DNA from: an uncultured Victivallales bacterium
Lineage (GTDB): Bacteria > Verrucomicrobiota > Kiritimatiellia > UBA8416 > CAYOBW01
Reading direction: 5' to 3'
NCBI GenBank assembly: GCA_964555035.1
Contig: CAZKRK010000003.1
Span: 1,133 to 65,132 of the forward strand
Length of the DNA: 64,000 nt
Shown: positions 1-9,117 of the stretch, piece after piece
Numbering within the stretch: position 1 is the stretch's first letter
Layout of the letters: every line of letters starts with the position of its first letter
Position numbers and translations under genes: made by a program
Notes under the pieces: model-generated
What the model was told of the DNA's origin: nothing
The model's input: the letters and a program-made list of their open reading frames with translations, nothing else
The model's database searches: none

Positions 1-1
1 C

Positions 2-292
2 GACAGTTTCTATAGCCAGGTTGCCGCCGGCAAAGATGGCAGGGGCCTCAGGGAGATCCTGGTCACGGCGCCGTTCTCATCTGACGACAGCAACCCGATC
101 TCGGTCTATTCCAAGGGGGAGCTTGCCGAGAGTGCTTCCTCACCAGTGCCTCTCAATGCGGGCATTTCTGGAATTGCCTTTGATCTGTCAGATCCGAGCC
201 AGAGGCTCTTTGTCTGCAACCGTCACGGCATTCTTAGAAGCAACGATCGAGGCAGAACCTACGAACTCGTTCACAAGACAGCCGGGAGATAG
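2..292 (+). CDS. 3' end of a gene that begins upstream of the window; Asp-box (BNR)-like repeat protein fragment
   Basis: Frame 2 is open from the window edge to TAG 290-292 (...GISGIAFDLSDPSQRLFVCNRHGILRSNDRGRTYELVHKTAGR*). SNDRGRTYE fits the SxDxGxTW Asp-box. The listed 21..296 ORF is an out-of-frame Arg/Ser-rich shadow. Confidence 0.4.
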   Translation, partial: DSFYSQVAAGKDGRGLREILVTAPFSSDDSNPISVYSKGELAESASSPVPLNAGISGIAFDLSDPSQRLFVCNRHGILRSNDRGRTYELVHKTAGR

Positions 293-418
293 TTGAAGCG
301 GCCTGACCCGTCAAGGTGCCGAATTCGGACTTAGAGGTCGCATGGCAAGGACTCTGGGCAACACGCCGACAGTTCGCTTACTTGTGGCCGCAACGTCCGG
401 CGCGAACAACCCTGCTCT

Positions 419-1396
419 CTATGCTCCCCTGGCTATCAGGTCGAGACGCTTGCTCTTCTCTTCGAGCGACAGCCCGCCACTGCCTTCGATCGTCATCCAC
501 ATGTCCTTACCAAGCTTGTCGAGCTCCCTCCGGACTCCCGGCCAGTTGACACTGCCGTCCCTGAAGTTGGCCCACTTTCCGCCCTGGCCATTGTCGTTCA
601 GTTTGAAGTCTTTGACGTGACATTTGACGATAGTCCCACCCAAGGCCCGGATCCACTTCTCCGACGGCGCGTATTTCACGTGATTGCCAATGTCGTAATA
701 CGTCTGAATCCACTTGCTCTCACAGGAATTCACAAAGTGGGCGAATATCTCCGGCTTGACCCACATGTTGTTCCAGACATTCTCGACCGCAACGACAACA
801 CCAGCCTTTTCCGCCGCGGGCACCAAGCGCTTCAGCGCGTCCCTCGAGGCGTCGGCCGCCTTGTTGTGTGTATCAATATACGCCCGGTAGGGAGTGTTGT
901 CGCCCTTCACGACCTTCTCTATGTGGCCGGTATTCTCGTCAAACTCAATGTCGAACTCCCACGGCTGCGGCATCTTGCCGCCTATCCTGCAGGGAACCAC
1001 GAGCAGGGCATCCGCACCGTATGCCGCCGCCGTTTCGAGGCATTTCGCGACGTTGTCTACATGCGCATCAACCTGGGACGGTTTGTCAAAGGCCAACCAG
1101 CCGCGAAGTACGGAATGAATCCGCATGTCCAGCTTCTCCGCTATCCCGCGGGCAGCTTCAGCCTTGGCCGGTTCAGCGCCGGCACTGCGGCATTCTATGC
1201 CGTCAAACCCGGCTTCTTTGAGCGTTGCCAGGGACTTCTCGTTCGGGATTCCGCTTATCACGGACTTGTACAGCCTTGTCTTGAACGCTGTTTTGGGACT
1301 CGGATTCTCTTGTGCCCCGAATCCGTTACCAGCGGCCACGGCAGCGGCCCCAGCGGCCGACGCGGCAATGAACTCTCTGCGTGATAGACTGCTCAT
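419..1396 (-). CDS. Sugar phosphate isomerase/epimerase-like (xylose-isomerase-type TIM barrel), Tat-exported
   Basis: Twin-arginine leader MSSLSRREFIAASAAGAAAVAAG. GFDGIE, LLVVPC and VAVENVWN blocks are typical of the TIM-barrel family. Start moved to ATG 1396: GAGGAG lies 8 nt upstream and this avoids overlap with the upstream stop at 1416-1418. Confidence 0.8.
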   Translation of the reverse strand: MSSLSRREFIAASAAGAAAVAAGNGFGAQENPSPKTAFKTRLYKSVISGIPNEKSLATLKEAGFDGIECRSAGAEPAKAEAARGIAEKLDMRIHSVLRGWLAFDKPSQVDAHVDNVAKCLETAAAYGADALLVVPCRIGGKMPQPWEFDIEFDENTGHIEKVVKGDNTPYRAYIDTHNKAADASRDALKRLVPAAEKAGVVVAVENVWNNMWVKPEIFAHFVNSCESKWIQTYYDIGNHVKYAPSEKWIRALGGTIVKCHVKDFKLNDNGQGGKWANFRDGSVNWPGVRRELDKLGKDMWMTIEGSGGLSLEEKSKRLDLIARGA

Positions 1397-1415
1397 AGCG
1401 TGAACTCCTCGACTG

Positions 1416-2720
1416 TTAGCCATTGAGATTCCAACCCTCGCGATACGTCTTCCGGATGTACTGCTCCGCTTCAGGACAATTGGTCACCCGCATGTTCTTC
1501 GCGTCATAGTCGAGCTTCCTGCCTACCCTTGCGGCGACCAGGGCGAGCATGTTGTGCTCTATCATGGCCCCGGAGTAATCGAAGTTGCAGAGTGTAGGGG
1601 TCCCTTCCTTGCAGCCCTTGATCCATTCAGCGTGATGCCCGATGGATGGGGGGATCAGGGCTTCCGCCGTGGGCGATTTGTAGTGGGTCATATCCCCCTT
1701 GAGCATCAGAGCCCTGTACCCGTAGTCTGCTATCAACCAACCCTTGTCACCGCAGAACAGAACGCCCTTCATCATCTTGTCCCTGTTCCATATCGGCGAG
1801 GGCATTCCCGGTTTCAACCCCCCGTCATACCAGTACACTTTGACTTTCCCGCGCCAGTCATTCCCAGGATGCTCCCACTCGGACTTGAGCTGTTCAGGAC
1901 ATCCGTCGGGGTGAATCGGCGTGCCTTCCGCCTCGCAGCTCAGGGGAAACTCGAGATCGTATGCCCAGTACGCCAGATCCATCATGTGACTTCCCATGTC
2001 ACCAATCTGCCCGGCGCCGAAATCCCAGAACCTGTTCCACTTCAGGCAGCCCCCGAGGTACTTCGGATTGTACGGATGAAATGGCGCGGGTCCGATCCAG
2101 AGGTCCCAGTCGATATGGTCGGCAATCGGTTTGACTTCGGGATAGTACTTCTCGCATTTCGGTTTACGACTGCACCACACCCTTACGTCTTTCGGTTTGC
2201 CGATGACCCCGCCGCGGACGAGCTCCACGACGCGACGGAAATTGTCGCCGGAGTGAATCTGCGTTCCCATCTGGGTGGCAATCTTGTCCTTCTTCTTGAG
2301 GTAGGTTTCGCGAACCGTTCTGGCTTCTTCTACGGACGTAGCCAGCGGCTTCTCGCAGTATACGCTCATATCACGATTCATCGCCCATGTTGCAATGAAC
2401 GCGTGGGTATGGTCTGTTGTCGAGCAGACAACGGCATCGATGTCTTTCTGTTCAAGACATTTGCGCCAGTCCTTGTAGGTCTTTGCTTTCGGAAAGCGCT
2501 TCGCCGCGCCCGCCAGCTTCTTCGAATCCACGTCGCAGAGAGCGACGATGTTCTCATTCCTGACGCCGCCGAGGTTCGCGCGTCCCCTTCCCGACACTCC
2601 TATGACCGCGACGTTGAGTTTGTTGTTGGGTGATGCGCTCAGTACTCCCGGCGGGAGAATCAGCATTCCGGCGCCAATAGCGCTGCCCCTGAGAAATGTG
2701 CGTCGCGTTACTTCGGGCAT
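1416..2720 (-). CDS. Gfo/Idh/MocA family oxidoreductase, Tat-exported
   Basis: MPEVTRRTFLRGSAIGAG Tat leader followed by the Rossmann motif LNVAVIGVSGRGRANL. ATG 2720 is preceded by AGGAGG. The 96 extra N-terminal codons of the listed ORF 1416..3008 look non-coding. Confidence 0.85.
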   Translation of the reverse strand: MPEVTRRTFLRGSAIGAGMLILPPGVLSASPNNKLNVAVIGVSGRGRANLGGVRNENIVALCDVDSKKLAGAAKRFPKAKTYKDWRKCLEQKDIDAVVCSTTDHTHAFIATWAMNRDMSVYCEKPLATSVEEARTVRETYLKKKDKIATQMGTQIHSGDNFRRVVELVRGGVIGKPKDVRVWCSRKPKCEKYYPEVKPIADHIDWDLWIGPAPFHPYNPKYLGGCLKWNRFWDFGAGQIGDMGSHMMDLAYWAYDLEFPLSCEAEGTPIHPDGCPEQLKSEWEHPGNDWRGKVKVYWYDGGLKPGMPSPIWNRDKMMKGVLFCGDKGWLIADYGYRALMLKGDMTHYKSPTAEALIPPSIGHHAEWIKGCKEGTPTLCNFDYSGAMIEHNMLALVAARVGRKLDYDAKNMRVTNCPEAEQYIRKTYREGWNLNG

Positions 2721-2871
2721 TATTGCCTCCTGGTTTACGTGCTCAGATAGGAGATGGCTTTTCAGGCGATACGGCCATACGCCCCTTGAAATCCGCCAGA
2801 GAAGGTGTACCCACGTGTGCGAGTATGGCAAAACAGGGCTGGGAATGCAAGGACCACGAGAAACCCGCCTG

Positions 2872-4326
2872 CTACCTGATCTTACGATCGTAGAACTGCA
2901 CCCCCTTCGGGACACGGATCGGCAACTGTAATCCGCCGGATGCGGAGAATTCCTCGAATAGCTGTCGGCGGAGATCAGCAATTCTCTCCTGGTAGGCCGG
3001 GATGTCAATCAGGTTGTGACGTTCGACCGGGTCGGTCGCGAGGTCGTAGAACCCGTTGCGGTCCCAAATGCCGTGGTAGTAGATGTACTTGTAGCGGTCT
3101 GTGCGGATGGCCAACGTCGTCGGCTGCGCCGGGAAGTTCCACTCCCAGTGGTATTCGTAAAGAATGCGATCGCGCCAGGCGACGTCTTTCCCCGTGAGCA
3201 GGGGGAAGAATGAGCGCCCGTCCATCTCGGACGAATCGGGCTGTTCGACGCCGAACGCCTCCAGGAGCGTGGGCGCCACATCGATATTCTGCACCATCTG
3301 CGTGACACACAGACCGGCCTCAATCAGCCCTGGCGCATAGGCAAGCATCGGAATCCGGATCGACGGTTCGAACGCATCCCGTTTGTCGTAAAACCCGTGC
3401 TCCCCCAACGCAAAGCCGTTATCGCCCATGTACAGCACCAGCGTGTCCTTCGAAAGCCCGGCAGCGTCAAGATGGGCGAGTACTCTGCCGATATTCTCAT
3501 CGAGTGCGTGCACGGTCTCGCAGAAGCGCCAGTAGAGATTCTCGAATGAGGGGACAGGGTCCTTGTCGAAGTGTCCTGTTTCCATATGATCGATCCCGTG
3601 GATCCCGTAACGGCGCTCCCTTATCCACTTGGACTGCGTCTGGTAGTTCCGTTCGGTCAGCCCCATGGTCTCCGGGTATACGATGGGTTTGTCCTGGTAG
3701 CGACCGTGGTGACGCACCGGAGGCAGAAACGGATAGTGGACGGCTTTGTAGCAGAGGTGGAGCAGGAAGGGTTTGCTGTGGTTCCGCTTCAACCACTCGA
3801 GCGCCAGGTCCGTGGTGACGTCGGCGTTGTATCCCTTGATCTGCGTCCGAATCCCGTTGATGTTGAACGTGGGGTCAAAGTACGTGCCCTGTCCCTTGAA
3901 GCTGGCCCAGTGGTCGTACCCTTTGCGCGGTTTGTCGTCGTCGTGGCCCATGTGCCACTTGCCGACGAAGGCCGTTTCAATTCCGTCCTTCTGCAGGTAC
4001 TCGGGGAAGAAAACCGTACCCTTCGGCACGGGACGCTGGTTGTCGACCACCTGATGGTGATGCATGTACTGGCCGGTCAAGATCGAAGCGCGGCTGGGGG
4101 AACACAGCGACGTCGATACGAAGGCATTCCTCAGATGCGCGCCCTGGGCCGCCAGCCTGTCCAGGTGTGGCGTCTCCAGGAAGTCGGGCGCCTGTGCCAT
4201 GAAACCCATGAAGTCATAGCGGTGGTCATCGCTGACGATGAGGACGACATTGCTGACGGGCTGAGCCCGAACGGACTGCGAAAGGGTGAAGAGGCAGACA
4301 CAGAGGTGAAACAGAAACTTGATCAT
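2872..4326 (-). CDS. Sulfatase (formylglycine-dependent, Cys-type)
   Basis: Signal peptide MIKFLFHLCVCLFTLSQSVRA. NVVLIVSDDHR metal-binding block and CSPSRASILTG (C-x-P-x-R FGly motif). Confidence 0.9.
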   Translation of the reverse strand: MIKFLFHLCVCLFTLSQSVRAQPVSNVVLIVSDDHRYDFMGFMAQAPDFLETPHLDRLAAQGAHLRNAFVSTSLCSPSRASILTGQYMHHHQVVDNQRPVPKGTVFFPEYLQKDGIETAFVGKWHMGHDDDKPRKGYDHWASFKGQGTYFDPTFNINGIRTQIKGYNADVTTDLALEWLKRNHSKPFLLHLCYKAVHYPFLPPVRHHGRYQDKPIVYPETMGLTERNYQTQSKWIRERRYGIHGIDHMETGHFDKDPVPSFENLYWRFCETVHALDENIGRVLAHLDAAGLSKDTLVLYMGDNGFALGEHGFYDKRDAFEPSIRIPMLAYAPGLIEAGLCVTQMVQNIDVAPTLLEAFGVEQPDSSEMDGRSFFPLLTGKDVAWRDRILYEYHWEWNFPAQPTTLAIRTDRYKYIYYHGIWDRNGFYDLATDPVERHNLIDIPAYQERIADLRRQLFEEFSASGGLQLPIRVPKGVQFYDRKIR

Positions 4327-4683
4327 TCACGGGCCTCCATTCTTCGTGTAGCTCCCCGCATCCGGTTGGACCAACCTCGAAATACTATAGGAAACTCTCA
4401 GCCCCGTCGACAGTATGATTCGGGGTGCAGCGTTGTGGTCGAGAGGGAATGGGACTATGTGTGCGGGACGCGTGTGGGGTGTCGGACTGCAAGTTCCAGC
4501 GAGTATCGGAATCTGACAGCAGACAGGAAGAATGCGTAGCTCTTGGCGGGATTGTCCCACAACGACTGAGCCACAAATACTGGACTCAATACGTGGGCAT
4601 TTCAAGCGATACCCTTGACCAATCCGGCCCGGTACCATACAGCCGCTTCAGTTGAGACGGCTGTGCGGCGAATGGAACCGGGC

Positions 4684-4713
4684 TGCACAATAATTACTTT
4701 CCTATTTGCGCAT
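4684..4713 (-). promoter_or_regulatory. Degenerate copy of the TTGCGCAC-N14-TTGCGCAC box, in the divergent region between the sulfatase operon and the regulator gene
   Basis: tgcacaataattactttcctatttgcgcat. The distal half and the CTTTCCT spacer match the consensus; the first half is degenerate. It lies 358 nt from the sulfatase start and 72 nt from regulator ATG 4785. Confidence 0.35.
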
Positions 4714-4784
4714 CTTGTGCTATAAATCATGCGTGTGTTTCGGCCCTTACCCGCTTACCCGTGAGGCCCAGGGAGTGCGTTGAT

Positions 4785-5981
4785 ATGGCTGCAGGTAGTT
4801 CAGGGATCCCGCAGGTGGTTGTGCTGATTCCGCTGGCGCTGAAGGGGCACCGGGATTGCTTTGAAGGTATCCTTCGGTATGCGCGCGTCAATGGGCCGTG
4901 GCGGTTGTACCGTAGAGAGGGGCGTCCCGGCGAACAACGACTACGGGACTTGAAACGGTGGGGATGTTCGGGGATCGTCACCACGAGCTGCACCTTGCGC
5001 GAGGCCCGGGCCGTCGCCGGTACACGCGTTCCCGTGGTTGTCTTCGAACCCGACCCCGACACGCGCGCGTCCGGGCATCCGTTTGCGCAATACTCATGCC
5101 TGCGTGTCGATTCGTACGCAACGGGCGAACACGCCGCGCGCTTCTTCCTGGAGCGTCACTATGAACACTTCGCTTTCGTGGGCGAGGTCCACGACCTGTA
5201 CTGGTCGCGCGAACGAGGCGAAGGGTTCAGCAAGACGGTCGAGGCGGCCGGCGGTACGGTTAGCGCGTATGGCGCCCCGCCGGCAAAGGCGCGGCGCGAC
5301 TGGGCCATCGAACAACCGCGCATGGAGGCCTGGCTAAAACCGCTCCCGAAACCCGTGGCACTGTTTGCGGCCATGGACGGCCGCGCGCGACAGGTTCTGG
5401 ACGCCTGCCTGGATGCCGGCATTGCCGTGCCGGAAGATGTGGCGGTGCTCGGCGTCGATGACGATCCCCTCATCTGCGACGCCACCCTCCCGACGCTGTC
5501 CAGCATCCAGTATAACTGCGAACACGCCGGCTACCTGCTGGCCGAACACCTGGACAAGCTGATGCGCGGCAAACGCCTGCGCCGTCGGGTGGACTGGGTG
5601 AAACCAACCCGCGTCGTCCGCCGACGGTCCACCGACGCAACGGCCATTGCCGACAAAGTGGTGGCGCGCGCGTGCGAATACATCTGGCGGGAAGCGGGAC
5701 ACCAGTCGATCGGAGTGCCCGACGTCGTAAGCCTGTTCGGCTCGTCTCGCCGCTACGCCGAGAACCGCTTCAAGGCCGTGGTCGGGCGTACCATCATGGA
5801 GGAGATCCGGCGCGTCAAATTGGAGCGCGTCTGCGCCCTGCTCGCAGAAACCAACCTGCCGATCGGCGAGATCGCCCAGCAATGCGACTTCGCCCGCGAG
5901 AGCCACCTGGCCTTCCTCTTCCGTCAGCACCACAACATGACCATGAGCGAATACCGCACGGCGGCGCGGCAACTGAAGTAG
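4785..5981 (+). CDS. XylR-type hybrid transcriptional regulator (periplasmic-binding-protein-like sugar-sensing domain + C-terminal AraC-type HTH)
   Basis: N-terminal VVVLIPL...ILRYARVNGPWRL and AMDGRARQVLDAC...VAVLGVDDD resemble LacI/PBP-type sensor domains. C-terminal NRFKAVVGRTIMEEIRRVKLERVCALLAETNLPIGEIAQQCDFARESHLAFLFRQHHNMTMSEYR is an AraC HTH signature. GGGAG lies 9 nt before ATG 4785. Confidence 0.8.
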   Translation: MAAGSSGIPQVVVLIPLALKGHRDCFEGILRYARVNGPWRLYRREGRPGEQRLRDLKRWGCSGIVTTSCTLREARAVAGTRVPVVVFEPDPDTRASGHPFAQYSCLRVDSYATGEHAARFFLERHYEHFAFVGEVHDLYWSRERGEGFSKTVEAAGGTVSAYGAPPAKARRDWAIEQPRMEAWLKPLPKPVALFAAMDGRARQVLDACLDAGIAVPEDVAVLGVDDDPLICDATLPTLSSIQYNCEHAGYLLAEHLDKLMRGKRLRRRVDWVKPTRVVRRRSTDATAIADKVVARACEYIWREAGHQSIGVPDVVSLFGSSRRYAENRFKAVVGRTIMEEIRRVKLERVCALLAETNLPIGEIAQQCDFARESHLAFLFRQHHNMTMSEYRTAARQLK

Positions 5982-6042
5982 ATGACGAGCGTGTGGGCGA
6001 CGGGTGGGGGAGAGATTATGATGAGACATCACCTTTTGTTCC

Positions 6043-6169
6043 GTCATCCTGAGCGCAGGTCAGCGCGGAGCGATGACCGGAGTCGAAGGATCTCGAGAAC
6101 CGAAATCACGCCGGGCGGTATCGCAGTCCTCGAGATCCCTCGACTCCGCTACGCTGCGCTCGGGATGAC
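6043..6169. repeat. GC-rich imperfect palindrome (REP-like) between convergent genes; possible bidirectional terminator
   Basis: Left arm gtcatcctgagcgcag...ggagtcgaaggatctcgag (6043-6097). Right arm ctcgagatccctcgactccgctacgctgcgctcgggatgac (6129-6169). It produces the spurious ...LEIPRLRYAALGMT... ORF typical of REP translation. Confidence 0.6.
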
Positions 6170-6358
6170 AGGGCGGGTTTTGTCGTTTTCACCTTGAATT
6201 GCCCCCGCCCCCTACCACGTAATCACGCCCGAGAATGTCAGGCCGCCGCCAAGTTTGTCCGCTCCTTGCGCCCCGCCATGTAGCCGACGAGCGACAACAC
6301 GACAGAGAACGACGCGAATCCGAGGTAATCCCACAATCCTAACGGCAGTGAAGCTGGT

Positions 6359-8524
6359 TTACTGATCTGCCTCTCTTTCAGTGACGATGAACTGGTCTAT
6401 GCCGATTGCAGAGATATCTTCCTCGTAGTCTCTTGAGATGAAGGCAACGGTGATACTCTTACCGGTTGATTCGTGAACCCCCAGGCTTAAGCGCTGAACG
6501 GTATGTGACCCGGCGATGCTGTCTTTGATACCATTGCCCTGGCGCTCACGAGTTACCTCGACCGCGTCAAAGCAATCTCTCTCCACGATTTCAGAAGTGT
6601 ATGCTCCCGCTTCCGACAGCCGAATATTGGGAAAAGAGATCGGCGCAGGCTTCCCGTTTACTTCGACGGCGAATGCGCCGTATCCGGGGGCCACGGTCAC
6701 AAGCGCGTCAATCCTGTGGAGCCCATCGTCTTCCACGGGAACGTCGAAAGTGATCGACTGGTCCGCCTGCGAGGGTTCAAACAACACCTGGCCTTGCCCC
6801 GTCCACAGATTGAATCTCTCATCAGCCGATATGTCGCTTCGGGGCTGATTGCTGACTGCAGATCCCTCGCCGGCGGTATACGAGACATGTTCTGCTTCAA
6901 GCCAGGCGGTCTTACTGCCTTTCGAATTTGTATACACGTACAAACCGCCGATCGTGGCTGCCATCAGGAACCACCAGAGGCCAAGGCTCTTGAACCCCTT
7001 GTACTTGCCCTTCTCCGCCGCCGCAACACCCAGGGCACTCTTGGTCCATATGACGCCTTCGAGTTCTTCAGGCGGTTTCGGTTTGGTAAAGAAGGACAGT
7101 ACGGTCAGCGTCAAGCAAGACAGGATAAACACGGCGAAGGTATGGTGCATGAAGTTATCATAGGGCTGCAGGCACGGGACCTTTGGAAAGAGCACGAATA
7201 TGACTACGGGCAGGAGTACCGCGAAACCAAGCACCATCGTGAAGGTAGCAGCCATCGGCGTGATTCTCTTCCACATGATGCCCAAAAGGAAACACGCCGC
7301 AATCGGAGGGGCGACGTAGAAGAACACGGTCTGAATCAACTGGAACACGGTGACGCCGGGGAACGCCGCGATAATGAGCCCCACACTGATGCCAACGAGG
7401 ATGATGACAAGTGCACTCAGTCTGCCGACGATATGCAGTTCTCTGTCAGTTGCCTTCGGCCTTATCAGTTCCTTGTAGAGATCCAGCGTGAAGATGGTTG
7501 CGGAAGAGTTGGTGATCGCACTCAGTGTGGACATCACGGCACTGGCCAATCCGGCAAGCACCAGCCCGACTAGTCCCGCGGGCAGGAACTGCTTCACCAT
7601 GAACGGCCACGCCTGGTCGCCGTCACTGATCCTGGACTGGAACAGGTAGAAGGCGACGATTCCCGGGATGACCACAATAAACGGCAGGATCGCCTTGCTG
7701 AAACCAGCCATGACCACGCCCATTCTCGCGTCCCACTCGCTACGGGCGCCCAGGCACCTCTGCACCATGAATTGATTGGCACAGTTATACCACAATCCCA
7801 CGGACACCAACCCCGAAACGAATCCGGTCCAGGGAATCATCTCGTGCTTGGACGAATAGAACATGATGAATTTCTCCGGCATAGTGTCCATCAACTGTCC
7901 CAGGCCGCCGGCATGATGCACCCCATAGACGCTCACAATGATGCCACCCACCATCAGCAGGCAGAATTGCAGTACGTCCGCCCACACGGCCGATAGCAGC
8001 CCTCCGTAGATGGTATACGTTCCCGCGGCCACAGCCAGAATCAGGATGCCCATCCAAACGTCTATCCGCGGGAAGAAGACATTCATGGCCTTGGCTCCCG
8101 CAAACATAACGCCGCCAAGCATGGCGATCACCAGGCCGATGATCATCACCACCGCGTAGATGTAGCGGCATGTCTTGTTAAACCGTTTCTCAAGAAACTC
8201 CGGCATGGTTGTTACATTGCCGCGCATGTAGAACGGCAGGAATATCCAGATCAGAGCGGTGAACGTTGCGGCGTTGGCCCATTCCCAGTTCGCGACCGCC
8301 ATGCCATACAGGAACCCCCATCCCACCATCCCTATGAAATGCTCCGTTGAGATATTGGACGCGATGAACGAGGCCCCGATCGCGTACCAGGGCAGCTTCT
8401 TGGAAGCCAGGAAGTAGTCCGACGAGGATTTGGTCTTGCTACGTGCGGCAACCGCAACCGCGAACACAACGACACCGATGAAGTAGCCAAAGAAAATCAG
8501 CGCGTCCCATATACTCAAGCTCAT
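6359..8524 (-). CDS. Sodium:solute symporter (SSS family) with a ~190-aa C-terminal soluble extension
   Basis: SDYFLASKKLPWYAIGASFIASNISTEHFIGMVG is the typical SSS N-terminus. Many hydrophobic segments follow. A non-membrane tail starts after WWFLMAATIGGLYVY. The start ATG overlaps the SIS gene stop (ATGA). Confidence 0.85.
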   Translation of the reverse strand: MSLSIWDALIFFGYFIGVVVFAVAVAARSKTKSSSDYFLASKKLPWYAIGASFIASNISTEHFIGMVGWGFLYGMAVANWEWANAATFTALIWIFLPFYMRGNVTTMPEFLEKRFNKTCRYIYAVVMIIGLVIAMLGGVMFAGAKAMNVFFPRIDVWMGILILAVAAGTYTIYGGLLSAVWADVLQFCLLMVGGIIVSVYGVHHAGGLGQLMDTMPEKFIMFYSSKHEMIPWTGFVSGLVSVGLWYNCANQFMVQRCLGARSEWDARMGVVMAGFSKAILPFIVVIPGIVAFYLFQSRISDGDQAWPFMVKQFLPAGLVGLVLAGLASAVMSTLSAITNSSATIFTLDLYKELIRPKATDRELHIVGRLSALVIILVGISVGLIIAAFPGVTVFQLIQTVFFYVAPPIAACFLLGIMWKRITPMAATFTMVLGFAVLLPVVIFVLFPKVPCLQPYDNFMHHTFAVFILSCLTLTVLSFFTKPKPPEELEGVIWTKSALGVAAAEKGKYKGFKSLGLWWFLMAATIGGLYVYTNSKGSKTAWLEAEHVSYTAGEGSAVSNQPRSDISADERFNLWTGQGQVLFEPSQADQSITFDVPVEDDGLHRIDALVTVAPGYGAFAVEVNGKPAPISFPNIRLSEAGAYTSEIVERDCFDAVEVTRERQGNGIKDSIAGSHTVQRLSLGVHESTGKSITVAFISRDYEEDISAIGIDQFIVTEREADQ

Positions 8525-9114
8525 GGATTCAGCCTTTCGCCAACAGCCCCACCCGGATGGATCAGGGCGAACTGATCGTTTGTGTAATCGGTCTCTTCAA
8601 TGAGAGCCGTCTGCAAGGCGTCAAATATCGCCGACAGTACGATGAAGCTGGTTGTCCCCTGGCTGTTGTACTTGTCGGTCTCACGTTCGACATGCATCTT
8701 GATCACGATGTCGGAGCCCTGGGCCAGCGGAGACTCGGTGTCTTCGGTTATGCCGATGACGCAGACTTCTTTGCGTCTGCATATTTCAAGTATCGGCAGG
8801 AGCTCAGCGGTCTTTCCGCCACGTGAAGCCAGGACCATGACGTCCCCCTTCTTCAGGAACCCGCTGGCGCCATGCAGGGCTTCAGCCGGCGAGACAAACC
8901 TGGCCGGCAGCTCGATGCAGCACATCAGGTGCGCAAAATGCCGGCAGGCTATGCCGGAATGACCGCAGCCGCTGGCCGCAATCCGGTCAGCCTTCGCCAG
9001 CGCGGCCACCGCCTCTTCGAAAGCAGCTCTGTCGATGCACGTCAGGGCTTGCATAAGCGCGGAGGACTCGATGCCGAAGGACGCCTCCGCGTGTTTCCAG
9101 AGATCTTCTGTCAT
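8521..9114 (-). CDS. SIS-domain sugar-phosphate isomerase (KpsF/GutQ/PHI-like)
   Basis: IAASGCGHSGIACRHFAHLM and VMVLASRGGKTAELL match the SIS phosphosugar-binding pattern. GGAGAG RBS lies inside the end of the upstream gene. Confidence 0.75.
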   Translation of the reverse strand: MTEDLWKHAEASFGIESSALMQALTCIDRAAFEEAVAALAKADRIAASGCGHSGIACRHFAHLMCCIELPARFVSPAEALHGASGFLKKGDVMVLASRGGKTAELLPILEICRRKEVCVIGITEDTESPLAQGSDIVIKMHVERETDKYNSQGTTSFIVLSAIFDALQTALIEETDYTNDQFALIHPGGAVGERLNP

Positions 9115-9117
9115 CGA

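Noticed and set aside
1416-3008. N-terminal extensions of listed ORFs (1416..3008, 23803..25413, 25307..26509, 37855..42411, 45520..46866, 42832..44439, 52060.., 47949..)
   Set aside because: The extensions lack coding character and precede obvious Tat or Sec leaders with good RBSs. In three cases they merely translate the conserved TTGCGCAC box (RKQERTCAQ, ECAQIGKSLCA). Starts were moved to the internal ATG or GTG.
4327-4638. 103-aa ORF in the 458-bp gap between the sulfatase and regulator genes; also the possibility of a riboswitch or sRNA there
   Set aside because: The ORF has Cys/Arg/Pro-rich non-coding composition and no RBS. I see only one short hairpin (cagccg...cggctg near 4641-4664) and no recognisable riboswitch core. 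The long gap remains unexplained.
6238-6336. Possible 32-aa single-TM peptide ORF just downstream of the SSS transporter (TTG start; MWDYLGFASFSVVLSLVGYMAGRKERTNLAAA)
   Set aside because: It is hydrophobic and plausibly a small transporter-associated subunit. However it has a non-ATG start and no clear RBS, and it is too short to evaluate without conservation data.
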